A stretch of DNA of 64,000 bases from a virus: positions 2,313 through 66,312 of IMG/VR virus record IMGVR_UViG_3300045971_000247. One strand, written 5' to 3'. A program made the translations under genes and the position numbers. Every line of letters begins with the position of its first letter. Within the stretch, counting starts at the first letter, position 1. The notes beneath the pieces are model-generated. The model was given only the letters and a program-made list of their open reading frames with translations, was not told where the DNA came from and ran no database searches. Shown here piece after piece: positions 44,101 through 53,025 of this stretch.

Positions 44101-47100
44101 CCCGGCGATGTCAGCTTCTCGTCGCCCGTCAGCAGGCGGGCCAGCGCCACCCTGTTGTGCTGGGCGATCTCGCTCGGGTCGGCCGACAGGATCGCGTCAG
44201 CCACCTTGCCGCGCCACTCGCGCAATGTGACCTTGGCCTTCGCCTTGTCGCGCGCCAGGGCGACGATGGCGTTCGAGTTCTTCGGGGTCAGGATGTGGGC
44301 CAGCGGGGCAGCGTAGAACTTGCCGCCGGCCAGCTGATCCTTGCCTTCAGCACGTGGGTTCGCCTTCGGTTCGACCGGGCGGCTCAGGCTGTCGATCATC
44401 TGCTGAGTGCGCGTGAACGCTCCGCGCGGATCACCGTCGCTGTGGAACTGCCCGAGTACCTGACCGGCAATCGCCGCAGCGCGGCTCATGGCGTTCGTCG
44501 GCGTCAGGGTCTGGATCTTGTCGAGGCCCTGGTTCAGCGCCGACGTGAGGTTGCGCTGGTCGGTGCGGTCGGTGGGCACGCCGTCGGTCTGCTCGGGCTC
44601 GGCGTCCAGCTGAGTGCGGCCGGTGTCCTCGCTGCGGCGGCTCATCGTTTCGGGGGCAGCGACGGTGCCAGACACGCGCCGTACCTTCGGGTCTTTGTTC
44701 TTGCCGGTGAACGGATCGGTGTCAGGGTTCTGGACGGCGTCGGCATTGGCGTTGATCGCCGACCGCAGCGCGGTATCAGACGACGGGGCTGCGGGCTCAT
44801 CCCAGTAGCGGGCACCCAGCGCAGGCTTGGCCGCGGGGACGCCCGGCAGATCAGGCTGACCGTTCTCAGGCATCAGCCGGTAGTTTGGGATGCCGAACGG
44901 GTACTCCGCTTTGTTGAGCGGGTCGCGCTTCGCTTCCTTGCCCTGGTCGAGCAGTTCCTCAGCGTCCGTGTTGTTGACCGGCTTGTCTTCAGCCCTCAGC
45001 TGGTCGATCGCCACAGCCTTGTGCTGGCGCTCGGCCGCGAGCTTGGCTTGCTTTGCACGGTCGTGGTCGCTTAACGTGGCTTCGGTCGCCGCGTCGCGCT
45101 TGCTCTTCACGACCCCAGCCTCGGCCTTGGCCTTCGTCTGAGCGTCGATGTCCGCCTGCGTCTTGCGGCCCAGCTTCAGCGACGGCGGGAACCCGTTCTC
45201 GAATGACTCCTTCTCGCCCTTGGCGTTCAGCATGTAGGGCGCGCCCTCCATGTGCCCGTCGGCCAGCAGCGCGCCGATGCCCTCCATGAGCTTGTCGCGG
45301 TAGGTGTGGGCGCCGTCTGCTTCGCCGTTGTTCCGTCCGGGCTGGTTCTCTGTCACCCAGGCCACGAGGTCGCTCGCCGCGATGGCAGCGACGCCGTCCT
45401 TTGCGGTGGCCTGCGGCGACTTGAAGCGGATCAGGTTCATGTCCGCCTGCGTCGCCTTCGGGTCGTCGCTCACCTTCGGGTCCGTGCTCTTGTTGAGCAG
45501 CGCCGCGCCGTGGCGGATCATCTTCACGACCTCGGCCACGTTCAGGCGCAGCTGATCCTTCTCGGCCATCTGCTCGGCGCTGACCAGGAAGCGCGTAGAG
45601 AAATAGGCGTCGGCCAGCTTGCCGAGGTCGTCCGCGCCGCTGACATCGACGCCCATTCTTTCTGCGAGCTTCGACACGACCTCACGGCGTTCTTCGGTGA
45701 GGCGCTCCAGAGCGGCAGAGCGCAGGCCTGCCTTCGGCACAGCCTGGGGCTGACCCTTCACCGGCTGCGGTGCGGCCTCGTCCTTCAGGGCGCGGATCTT
45801 CCGGTCGAGCGTGCTGATCTGTTGGAGGGTGTCGTCACCTTCGCCCAGAACCTTGTCCTTGCGCAGGTACTGGCGCAGCAGCGTGACGCGGCGCGACGAC
45901 GCGACGCTGCGGTCGTCCATCACCTCCTTGGCCGACATGGTGCGGATGCGGTAGCTGCCCGTGCCCAGCATGCCTTTGTGCTGGTCCGCGCTCTCAAGCT
46001 CATTGGGCAGCAGACTTTCCTTGATGGTGCGGCCGTCGGCGGGCCGCTTGGTCTCCGTCTCGACGCCTTCCTCGTCGCCGCCCAGCACCTTGTAGACCCG
46101 CTCCTGCATCCGTGCCAACGAGTTCGTTCCGTCCTGGTCCTTCTTGTCCGCACTGATGAGTGTCGGCAAATTACCGGCGTCGTTCTTCGTGAATGGGTGC
46201 GGGCCACTCAGGCTATCGCGGGCGTTCGTCTCGTGCCGGAACATGTAGAGCTTGGCGCCGGGCGCCTTCTCGATGTTCTTCTTCGCGCCGTCGAGTTCCC
46301 AGTTGTCGGGCTCACTCAGATCGTCGCTCTCGCCCGGCGTCGTGGTCTCCGCGCCGTCCTTCTCGTCCGTGTCCGCGGGCTTGTGCTCGACGGGCTTACG
46401 CGGCTCGACCTTGCCCTCCATCTTGGCGTAGGCCTTGGTCATCGCCTCGAACGCAGGGGCGCCCAGCAGCGACTTGAACTCGATGGCCTTGCGCGCATCG
46501 TCGGCCCTGCCCAGGTGCTGCTCGAAGTGGTGGAGCAGCGACTCGGCCACATGGTCGTCCGTGATGTCCAGGCCTGCCTTGTAGAGCTTGGCCTTCGCCT
46601 CGACCGGGATCGCAGCCACCAGCTTGTGCGCAGCCTCAGTGCGCGGCACCGCGTTGCTGGTGCTCCAGGCCTTGCGGTCTTCGGAGCCCTTCAGCATCTG
46701 CTGGAAGCGCTGCATGACGGGCGTCTTCTCGGCGCCCAGCGCCGTCGCCACCTTGGCAATCGCGGCCTGGGCCTGAGCGCCACCGTAGAGGTCGACCGCT
46801 TGGCCGGCCAGATCGCGCATCTGACCAGCAGTGCGGACGCCTGTGCCCGTGTCCTTCGACTGAGCCAGGGTCGCCAGTTGAGCGCCGATGTCGCGAGCCC
46901 GTGCGCGCAGGTTCGTGAAGTAACCCTTGTCGTTCGACTCGTACTTTGCCTTCTCGGGGACAGCGTCTTCGAGGATGCCGCCGGCCAGCGAGGCGCGCGG
47001 GTCTTCACCCTGCTCGTTGAGCTTTCGGTCCTTGTAGGCGTCCACCAGCTTCTGGCGCTGGGCCGGCGAGCCGTCGCCCGTGATGTAGTCCGCAGCTTCG

Positions 47101-48383
47101 GCAACGGCCCCGCCCACGGTCGGGTCGGCCGGGTCGCCCTGGATGGCGCTGAGGTGCTTGGCCGCTTCGGCGTCGCCCCGGTCGGCACGAGCCGCGAGTT
47201 CTTTCGTGACGGCCTCGTGCTGCGCCGACAGTGACTCGGGCGAGAACGCCCCGTCAGCGCCGACGCCCTGCATGGCGTCGTACCACTTGTCCACCGAGCC
47301 GTCGTCCGCCTTGCGCTCAGTCGCACGCTTCAGGATCGCGCCCTTCAGGCTCTTGTCTTCGGCCAGCGCGGCGGGCGCGGCCGGCGCAGCGCCCAGCTTG
47401 CTCAGGTCGTTGTTCGGGTCGTCGGGCGTGCCCACCCGGGCGTGGCCCGCACCGGCGAGGTGGGACAGGCCGCTGACCGGTCCGGCGCCCGCGATGCCGC
47501 CGGCAAACGAGTCCACGAGGTTGCCCAGGTCGCCGCTCTTGTCCCGGTTCGGGTTCAGGTAGCTCAGGGCGCCCTGTTTGATGCCCTCCTGGCCCGTTTC
47601 CGTCACGCCCTCCCCCAGGAGGTCCAGACCGAACGCTGCGGGCCTGCTGAGGCCCCCCAGGGCCTTCAGGCCGGGCTTCCCGAGCACCCGCCCCGCCACC
47701 ATGTGCGGCAGGGCCGTATCGAGGCTTCCAGCCAGCGCCCCGTGCACCATGGCGGCGTTCTCAAGCTCCTGCGGCGTCTTGCCGGCCATGATCGCCGGGT
47801 CTTTCCAGGCGTCCCGGACGAACTCGCCCTTGTTCTGGCGGTAGTTCAGGGCGCCCGCTGCCAGCGGGGCGCCGTACTGGAGCCCCTTGCCCAGCGCCTG
47901 GACCGGTGCCCACGGCAGCGCGCCCAGCACCTTACCGGCGCCCGCCAGACCCACCTCAGCGCCCACGGGCTCGACCATGCTGGCCGTGCCCTGCCCCACG
48001 GCCCCCAGCGCCCAGTTGCCGACCCGGCCCGGGTCGCGCAGGGCGCCGTTCAGGCCGATGTCGTACAGGCTCGGCTCGGTGGGCGCGAACGTGGCGGCCT
48101 TCTGGTTCGCCAGTTCGATCTGCGGCATCAGGGCGTCGGCCTCAGCGTTGCGGCCGCCCGCGCGCAGGGACGAGACCTGACCCGCCAGGGCGTTGGCGTC
48201 GCCGCCGTACAGGCCCGAGGCGAAGCCCTTGCGGAGTTCGCCCATGGAGTTAGCCGCAGCGGTGTCCATGAACTGCTGGGCTTCGGCGTCCTGGGGCGCG
48301 GCCGGCGTGATGCCCATGCCGCGCAGGGTCGCCGGCCCTTGGGGGCCAGCCGGGGTAACGCCGAGTTCGCGCAGGGTGGCCAT
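41178..48383 (-). CDS. Very large (2401 aa) internal virion/DNA-ejection polyvalent protein with a zincin-like motif
   Basis: Long ORF at the end of the virion operon; HHEALH at 43761-43778 with downstream EERVAYAF; YFPRIWD motif. Confidence 0.75.
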   Translation of the reverse strand: MATLRELGVTPAGPQGPATLRGMGITPAAPQDAEAQQFMDTAAANSMGELRKGFASGLYGGDANALAGQVSSLRAGGRNAEADALMPQIELANQKAATFAPTEPSLYDIGLNGALRDPGRVGNWALGAVGQGTASMVEPVGAEVGLAGAGKVLGALPWAPVQALGKGLQYGAPLAAGALNYRQNKGEFVRDAWKDPAIMAGKTPQELENAAMVHGALAGSLDTALPHMVAGRVLGKPGLKALGGLSRPAAFGLDLLGEGVTETGQEGIKQGALSYLNPNRDKSGDLGNLVDSFAGGIAGAGPVSGLSHLAGAGHARVGTPDDPNNDLSKLGAAPAAPAALAEDKSLKGAILKRATERKADDGSVDKWYDAMQGVGADGAFSPESLSAQHEAVTKELAARADRGDAEAAKHLSAIQGDPADPTVGGAVAEAADYITGDGSPAQRQKLVDAYKDRKLNEQGEDPRASLAGGILEDAVPEKAKYESNDKGYFTNLRARARDIGAQLATLAQSKDTGTGVRTAGQMRDLAGQAVDLYGGAQAQAAIAKVATALGAEKTPVMQRFQQMLKGSEDRKAWSTSNAVPRTEAAHKLVAAIPVEAKAKLYKAGLDITDDHVAESLLHHFEQHLGRADDARKAIEFKSLLGAPAFEAMTKAYAKMEGKVEPRKPVEHKPADTDEKDGAETTTPGESDDLSEPDNWELDGAKKNIEKAPGAKLYMFRHETNARDSLSGPHPFTKNDAGNLPTLISADKKDQDGTNSLARMQERVYKVLGGDEEGVETETKRPADGRTIKESLLPNELESADQHKGMLGTGSYRIRTMSAKEVMDDRSVASSRRVTLLRQYLRKDKVLGEGDDTLQQISTLDRKIRALKDEAAPQPVKGQPQAVPKAGLRSAALERLTEERREVVSKLAERMGVDVSGADDLGKLADAYFSTRFLVSAEQMAEKDQLRLNVAEVVKMIRHGAALLNKSTDPKVSDDPKATQADMNLIRFKSPQATAKDGVAAIAASDLVAWVTENQPGRNNGEADGAHTYRDKLMEGIGALLADGHMEGAPYMLNAKGEKESFENGFPPSLKLGRKTQADIDAQTKAKAEAGVVKSKRDAATEATLSDHDRAKQAKLAAERQHKAVAIDQLRAEDKPVNNTDAEELLDQGKEAKRDPLNKAEYPFGIPNYRLMPENGQPDLPGVPAAKPALGARYWDEPAAPSSDTALRSAINANADAVQNPDTDPFTGKNKDPKVRRVSGTVAAPETMSRRSEDTGRTQLDAEPEQTDGVPTDRTDQRNLTSALNQGLDKIQTLTPTNAMSRAAAIAGQVLGQFHSDGDPRGAFTRTQQMIDSLSRPVEPKANPRAEGKDQLAGGKFYAAPLAHILTPKNSNAIVALARDKAKAKVTLREWRGKVADAILSADPSEIAQHNRVALARLLTGDEKLTSPGLKEALTKLLPAPEVKPKAEPAGAPAPAPATEGRKLNEQATPAGIQAQANAAPSDEAMAKAKAYIAKVLGPKVKVQFLKDFDAAGEWVSAENLIKLALGKGPGLETVAHHEALHAFFSRLVEHNPEAAAKLKNVLGSGEIYERVKGLLRDEAAALEAMARDPEERVAYAFQFWAAGALDVDKPATTLFDKFRRALRTVLGMVRESEIALDIMTAFHEGKLAEPDAASKAIKKTTDRESWNEDVKLKWDKLTQRLHYELSPAHDVLDKEAMSATIRSLGAKFFSNPGDAAAGQHEPGFINARTTMMRKFSNQMDRVIGTRSKLNDKDRLAVIEALQAEDPKARDTLKLDLQRKAYDDVHNLLERYHQYATGRGMKLEYISNYFPRIWDVSKLIEGDGKAKFVAMLNQSKYDKVLGNMLTAINVKLPAADRKSKEDLIDAMHRSLVDRGGVDDNALDAESDMGDVIFKPFFASSKERSFKWLESGDIKGFLEKDLVGALSRYFQQGVRAAEFTNKFGEGGQGLKKALVMKGNLELDPSTGKLEPRTTYGPAEQEMYDHLAEKGVKGDEAKVVVDRHMGNARNAVAAMEGSLGGDISDGARKLSSALIAYQNLRLLPLSLFAAFGDVAGLAARTDEGGLGAAYEGFVNGLRDVFANWKRNASDMPGPRQVSPLENMAEAMGVVDSHMFLEQVGKAHTSEFMTDAARNIGRKLFMVNGLTAWDRSMRVTATKFATQFLERHKALPDKEHSARWLAELGLKPADITLDNDGKLVWDRNVLAQIRTTEGMDEAARAQVMAKATKDAERIHNAVVRWVEGAVLSPNAGLRPSRASDPHYAVFYHLKQFTYAMHHVILKRAWNEARQGNMNPIGALSSVIPIMIVSDVVKGMATNAGSLPDYMKTWNAADWIEHGASRGGLAGKFQLGADAMRDPFSLFGPTVEQAINLVTHPADLGKNVIDAVPGLRMLGGTASHIREVAD

Positions 48384-50413
48384 TACCGCAGGCCTTTGGT
48401 GTTCACGCCGCGCTCGTTCAGAGCCTTGACCATGGCGTCGGTCTGCTCACCGGCGTTGTAGGTCTTGTCGCCCTGGCGAAGCAGGATGTCGTTCGGACTG
48501 TGGCCCGGCCACACCGTGAAGCCGCGGCGCTCTGGCTTCGCGTTCCGTAGATTGGGAACAGCGGTGTTGTCGGCAGGCTTGCGGTACTGGCCGACCACGT
48601 TGGCGACATGATCCATGACGCTCATCTCGGGCTGCACCAGACGGGATTGCAACGTCGACTGCGCGATGGCGTCGGGCGTCGCGGCACGCTTCTGGTCCTG
48701 AGTCATGTTGGCGAGCTTCGAGCCGTACATGTTCTGCAAGGCCGTGGCCGCCTGCTTGGCGCCGTTCTCGTCGAACACAGTCTCGCCGGACTTCGACGGG
48801 TGCGGCGAGTTGTAGCGCGGGTCGCCCTTGAACAGATCGACGAGGTCGCCGAAGTCGTCACGCGATTGTTTCGACTCGCTGCCCTTCCTGGCCTGCCCCG
48901 TAGTGGCAGCGGCGTAGGCGTCGTTCGACTGCTCATGCAGACCCTGCCCGCGCATCATGTCCCCGACGACTGCGTGCTGCTCCGGGGTGATGGGCGCCTT
49001 CCCGTCTTTGCCGCCGGCCCCGATGCTCTGGTACGCCTTTGCAAGCGCGGCGCGCTGCTGTGCGGCCAACATCATTGGCGCCATCGCCTGCTGGAAATGG
49101 ATGTCCTGACCGCGCAGCGCGGTGTTGTTGTTCGTGGAGTTCAGATCACGTTGGGTGTTGTCGTGCATCTGGGCGATGCGCAGCGCTTGGTTGTTCTGGT
49201 TGTTGCTCAGCGTCAAATGGGCGGTGTCCGACTTGTCGCGCTGCGCGAGTTCGGCCTGACTCGTCGCCCACTGCACCGCCTGCTGACTCGACAGGCCGGG
49301 CGGCGGCTTTTTCGCCATGTCGGCCAAGAATTTGTCGTGAGACGAGGAACTCAGGGTGTCGCCGCCGATGCCGCCGATGCCGCCGGGCGTGGGCTCACCA
49401 AGAGCGCGCAGGTTCGCCAGTTGGTGGTTGTAGCCGTCGACGCCGATCGAGCCCACGGTCGATACCCCATAGCCGGCGCGTGCCCCGCTCTTCACGCCTG
49501 AAGCGTCATCGAGAGCCTTCATGCCGGGCGCGTCGATGTTTGCGCCGAACTTGACATCGCCGCCGCTGTAGTCGTTGCCCGTACGCAGGATGGTGCCGGG
49601 GCCGGCGGCGGCAGAGAGTTCGACCGGCGTCATGCCCGGCTGCTTGTCAGGGAACGAGCGCGTGTCAGTGGGGCCGGGGGTGATGGGCGGCGGGGTGTTG
49701 CCGGCGGCCGGGGCCGAGCCGACCTCTTCTCCGGGAGACCCAATCTCTCCAACTTGGTTGCCAGCGCTGCGCTTGAATCCGTTGCCCGCGATCAGGTTGC
49801 CGACGCGGTCGGCAACGCCCATGGTCAACGTGTTGCCCAGGTCTTGCATCGTGCCCAGGCCGCGGATGCCGGCATCCTTGACAGCGTCGAACCGCAGCCG
49901 TGCGCCAGCGTCGGTGCCCTTCCCGGTCCAGTCGCTTGCGCCGCGGTCGATGCCGGTTCGCTGCGCGTAGGTGTCGGTGTCGGTGCCGTAGCTGCCCGCC
50001 GCCGACATCCCTGCCGTGAGCGGGAGCGTCGCTCGACCCACACCCGCGGACAGGGAGTTCCCCACCCCCGCAGCAGCGCGCCCCGCAGTCCGCAGCCCGC
50101 TCGCGGTCGCGCCGACGACATCTGCGTCGAGCACGCCGCTGGCAGCGCCGGGAACTTTGGCCGCCCCGCCGCGCAGTGCATCGGCCGTGCGGCGGAACCA
50201 GCCCGACGACGGGCTTGCCGGGGCTTCCCCGACTGGCGCGGCCGTCGCCGCAGCAGCAGGCGCGGGCGTAGCCACGGGCGGCGCACGATAGCTGCCAACC
50301 CCGGGCGCTTCGCCGACGCCGGTCGCGCGCAGGGCATCCCGCGCAGCGCGAGCGTCACGGGCTGCCCTGACCTCTGGCCCCAGTTCAGTGACTTCGGGTT
50401 CGGGGAGTGCCAT
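48383..50413 (-). CDS. Internal virion protein (Ala/Gly/Gln-rich)
   Basis: 676 aa, coupled to the next gene; LRGQD motif. Confidence 0.7.
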   Translation of the reverse strand: MALPEPEVTELGPEVRAARDARAARDALRATGVGEAPGVGSYRAPPVATPAPAAAATAAPVGEAPASPSSGWFRRTADALRGGAAKVPGAASGVLDADVVGATASGLRTAGRAAAGVGNSLSAGVGRATLPLTAGMSAAGSYGTDTDTYAQRTGIDRGASDWTGKGTDAGARLRFDAVKDAGIRGLGTMQDLGNTLTMGVADRVGNLIAGNGFKRSAGNQVGEIGSPGEEVGSAPAAGNTPPPITPGPTDTRSFPDKQPGMTPVELSAAAGPGTILRTGNDYSGGDVKFGANIDAPGMKALDDASGVKSGARAGYGVSTVGSIGVDGYNHQLANLRALGEPTPGGIGGIGGDTLSSSSHDKFLADMAKKPPPGLSSQQAVQWATSQAELAQRDKSDTAHLTLSNNQNNQALRIAQMHDNTQRDLNSTNNNTALRGQDIHFQQAMAPMMLAAQQRAALAKAYQSIGAGGKDGKAPITPEQHAVVGDMMRGQGLHEQSNDAYAAATTGQARKGSESKQSRDDFGDLVDLFKGDPRYNSPHPSKSGETVFDENGAKQAATALQNMYGSKLANMTQDQKRAATPDAIAQSTLQSRLVQPEMSVMDHVANVVGQYRKPADNTAVPNLRNAKPERRGFTVWPGHSPNDILLRQGDKTYNAGEQTDAMVKALNERGVNTKGLR

Positions 50414-50485
50414 ATCTACGTCCGATCTGTGTTAGAGCTTCGATTGTAGGCCGTGGCAACCGCCGCCACCCGGGCGGCAAGAAGC

Positions 50486-50704
50486 CTAGAGCGTCTGAAC
50501 TTCGGACACCTGTGCCGCCTTGGCGTTGAGATACGCCCCCCAGAGGCCAGCCAAGAAGGCTAGGGCCTGCAACGGCATGGCCGTGGGCCGCACCTCGACG
50601 TAGGTGCTGCCGAAGAGGCCGGCGACGAAGCCTACGACCAGAGACACCGCGTAGGCGAAGCCCGGCGCATAGATCGCCGCCCGCCACAAGAAAGACCAGA
50701 CCAT
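50486..50704 (-). CDS. Small two-TM membrane protein
   Basis: AGGAG RBS; hydrophobic sequence. Confidence 0.55.
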   Translation of the reverse strand: MVWSFLWRAAIYAPGFAYAVSLVVGFVAGLFGSTYVEVRPTAMPLQALAFLAGLWGAYLNAKAAQVSEVQTL

Positions 50705-50740
50705 TTGTTCTCTCCTTTTTGCGGCGACCAGTATGCCGGA

Positions 50741-52582
50741 TCAGATGCTCGTTGTGGTGGGTGCCGCGCTCATCGTGCCGTTGCTGTACTGGTAGCCCAC
50801 GGTCATGCCGCTGGTCTGCGATACCTGGGCCTGGGCGTGGATGATCCCGTACGCGCTCGACGCCAGCTGGGCGTAGACCTGAGCGCCCACCTTGGCTGCG
50901 TCCAGGTTGGCAGCGCGGTTGGCCAGCGTGGCGTCGTTGTTGATCTTCGCCACCTGGATCGAGAGCGACTGGCTGGCCTCGTAGTCCTTGATCTGCGTCT
51001 CCCACAGCCGCGACTGCATGTTCGCTGTGGCCTCGATCGCCGCGGCGCCGGCCTTGTACCCATCCAGCAGCGTGGACGACTGCGCGGTCAGCGCGCCGAG
51101 CCGCGCCCGCTCCGCATCGACCTGGGCGCGGTAGCCGTCCCACTCCAGGGTCTTGCTCCGCGTCAGGCTCTCGTAATACCCCAGCTGGGTCCGCAGCTGC
51201 TCGGCCTTGGCGCCGACGGTCGTGGCGAACGCTGCGGCCTTCGTCTTGTAGACCTCGACCTTCGTGTTCTCGGCCTCGACGCCCGCCTTGTACGCTTCGA
51301 TCTTGGCGGTCTCCGCGTTGATCTGGGCGACGTAGGCTCTAACCTGTTCGGCGCCCGCGTTGACTTTGGCCTGCTCGATTTCGACGAGCACCTTGGCGCC
51401 CTCGACCTGGGCTTTGAAAATCTCCACGCCCGACATGACGGCGTCGATGCTGGCCTTGTACTGCTCGACCAGGGAGCGGTTGACGTCGGCCTTCGCCTGT
51501 TCGCCATCGACCTGGGCCTTGTAGATGTCGACCTTGGCGAGTTCGCCCTTGATGATCGTGTCGTAGGCAGCGGCGTAGGTCTGGTACCCGGTCATCAGCG
51601 CCTTGTAGCCGTCGACCTGGGCGTTGTACGCAGCGATGGCGTTCTCGGCGTACGCCTTCGCGCCTTCGAAGGTCAGCTGCTCCAACTTGTAGCTGTAGTC
51701 GATCAGCTGGCCCTCCAGCTGCATCCCCGCAGCGATGGCGTCCTTCAGGTTGCTCTGCTCCAGTTCGGCCTGCTTGACGCTGATGTCGCGGGACAGTTCG
51801 GAAATCTTGTCGTAGTAGTTCTGCTCAGCCTCACGGGTCTGGGCTGCGATCACGCCGGCCGGCAGCTGAAAGCCCAGCGCTTCGCTGCTCCGCATGATCT
51901 GGTCGATGTTCGCCTGGGCGGCGTTCGTCTCGCGGTCGCGCAGCCGGTCCCACAGCGCCTGCTCGACGGCCGGCGTCAGTCCGCTGCCGCCAGCGATGCG
52001 GCTCAGCAGCTTGGACGTCAGCGCGCTCAGCAGCGACGAACTGTAGTCAGGACCGGGGCTGTAGCTGTAGGGCGTCGGCTCGACCAGGGCGAGCGTCGGA
52101 ATCGTCGTCAGGTTGTCGAGGTACGCCGTGTGAAGGTCGACGCTGGCCAGCGTCGGCGTGATGAGCGACAGGTAGGACGGCGCATCGGGCAGCGTGATCG
52201 TCGGCGCGCTGGGCACGCTGATGGCCGCGACTGAGTGGATCGCGGGCGTGGTCCCATAGTTCAGCGTGGGCGCGGTCGGGAACGACGTGATGGGCGCGGT
52301 CTCGCTGAACGTGTCCAGGGTCAGCGTCGGGGCGGTGATGGCCAGCGACGACGGCGTGCTGCTCGGTCCGCTGTAGGCGATCGTCGGCATCGACGGTACC
52401 GACGGCAACGTCGGCAACGTCGGCGGCGTGATCGTGCGCCACGTCATGCTGATGGTCGGCGGTGCGTAGACGGACGCATTCAGCGCTGTCGTGAAAGTCG
52501 ACAGCGCGATCTGCGCGCTTGAGGCGTAGCCCGACGCTGCGGAGAATGCGTTGGCGACTTGGTCTGATGCGCTGGTGGCCAT
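50741..52582 (-). CDS. Virion structural protein (Pro/Thr/Ser-rich N-terminus, long coiled coil)
   Basis: 613 aa; GGAGG RBS; GFQLPAG; repeated YKAQV heptads. Confidence 0.8.
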   Translation of the reverse strand: MATSASDQVANAFSAASGYASSAQIALSTFTTALNASVYAPPTISMTWRTITPPTLPTLPSVPSMPTIAYSGPSSTPSSLAITAPTLTLDTFSETAPITSFPTAPTLNYGTTPAIHSVAAISVPSAPTITLPDAPSYLSLITPTLASVDLHTAYLDNLTTIPTLALVEPTPYSYSPGPDYSSSLLSALTSKLLSRIAGGSGLTPAVEQALWDRLRDRETNAAQANIDQIMRSSEALGFQLPAGVIAAQTREAEQNYYDKISELSRDISVKQAELEQSNLKDAIAAGMQLEGQLIDYSYKLEQLTFEGAKAYAENAIAAYNAQVDGYKALMTGYQTYAAAYDTIIKGELAKVDIYKAQVDGEQAKADVNRSLVEQYKASIDAVMSGVEIFKAQVEGAKVLVEIEQAKVNAGAEQVRAYVAQINAETAKIEAYKAGVEAENTKVEVYKTKAAAFATTVGAKAEQLRTQLGYYESLTRSKTLEWDGYRAQVDAERARLGALTAQSSTLLDGYKAGAAAIEATANMQSRLWETQIKDYEASQSLSIQVAKINNDATLANRAANLDAAKVGAQVYAQLASSAYGIIHAQAQVSQTSGMTVGYQYSNGTMSAAPTTTSI

Positions 52583-52584
52583 GA

Positions 52585-53025
52585 TTAAACCCTCCGGGTT
52601 TTCGACTTCGCCGTGGCGACCTCGATGCTGTCAAGTTGGAAGTCTTGGCCGGACGGGTTCGTGAACCCGAACGCCAGATAGTTCTCTCGGATGCCCTTGC
52701 CCGGCTGCGCGCGGGATTCGCCCGAGGCCGCGGCTGTGAACGCGTAGCTGTACTCCGTCGCTTCCCCGGCGACGATGGCGTTGAAGCTGCCAACGCCCTT
52801 GAGCCCGAAGAACATTTTGTCCATCAGCATTTTAAGCGACCCGCCCCACTCAGGCTTGCCGGTCAGCACACGGCTGGCGATCGGTAGACCGCCGTCGGTC
52901 TCACCGACGAGTTCGAACAGCCCGGTGGCTGAACCGGCGTGTGTCGGCGTAGCGCTCTGGAACATGAAGGTGTACTCAGAGACCGCGCCGCTGAGTGTGT
53001 TGACGACGATGGCGTTCATGGTCAT
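52585..53025 (-). CDS. Virion structural protein
   Basis: IVVNTLSGAVSEY, GKGIRENY. Confidence 0.75.
   Translation of the reverse strand: MTMNAIVVNTLSGAVSEYTFMFQSATPTHAGSATGLFELVGETDGGLPIASRVLTGKPEWGGSLKMLMDKMFFGLKGVGSFNAIVAGEATEYSYAFTAAASGESRAQPGKGIRENYLAFGFTNPSGQDFQLDSIEVATAKSKTRRV

Noticed and set aside
41178-48383. N4-type virion RNA polymerase
   Set aside because: No single-subunit RNAP catalytic motifs could be recognised; size alone is not enough, and an HMM search would settle it
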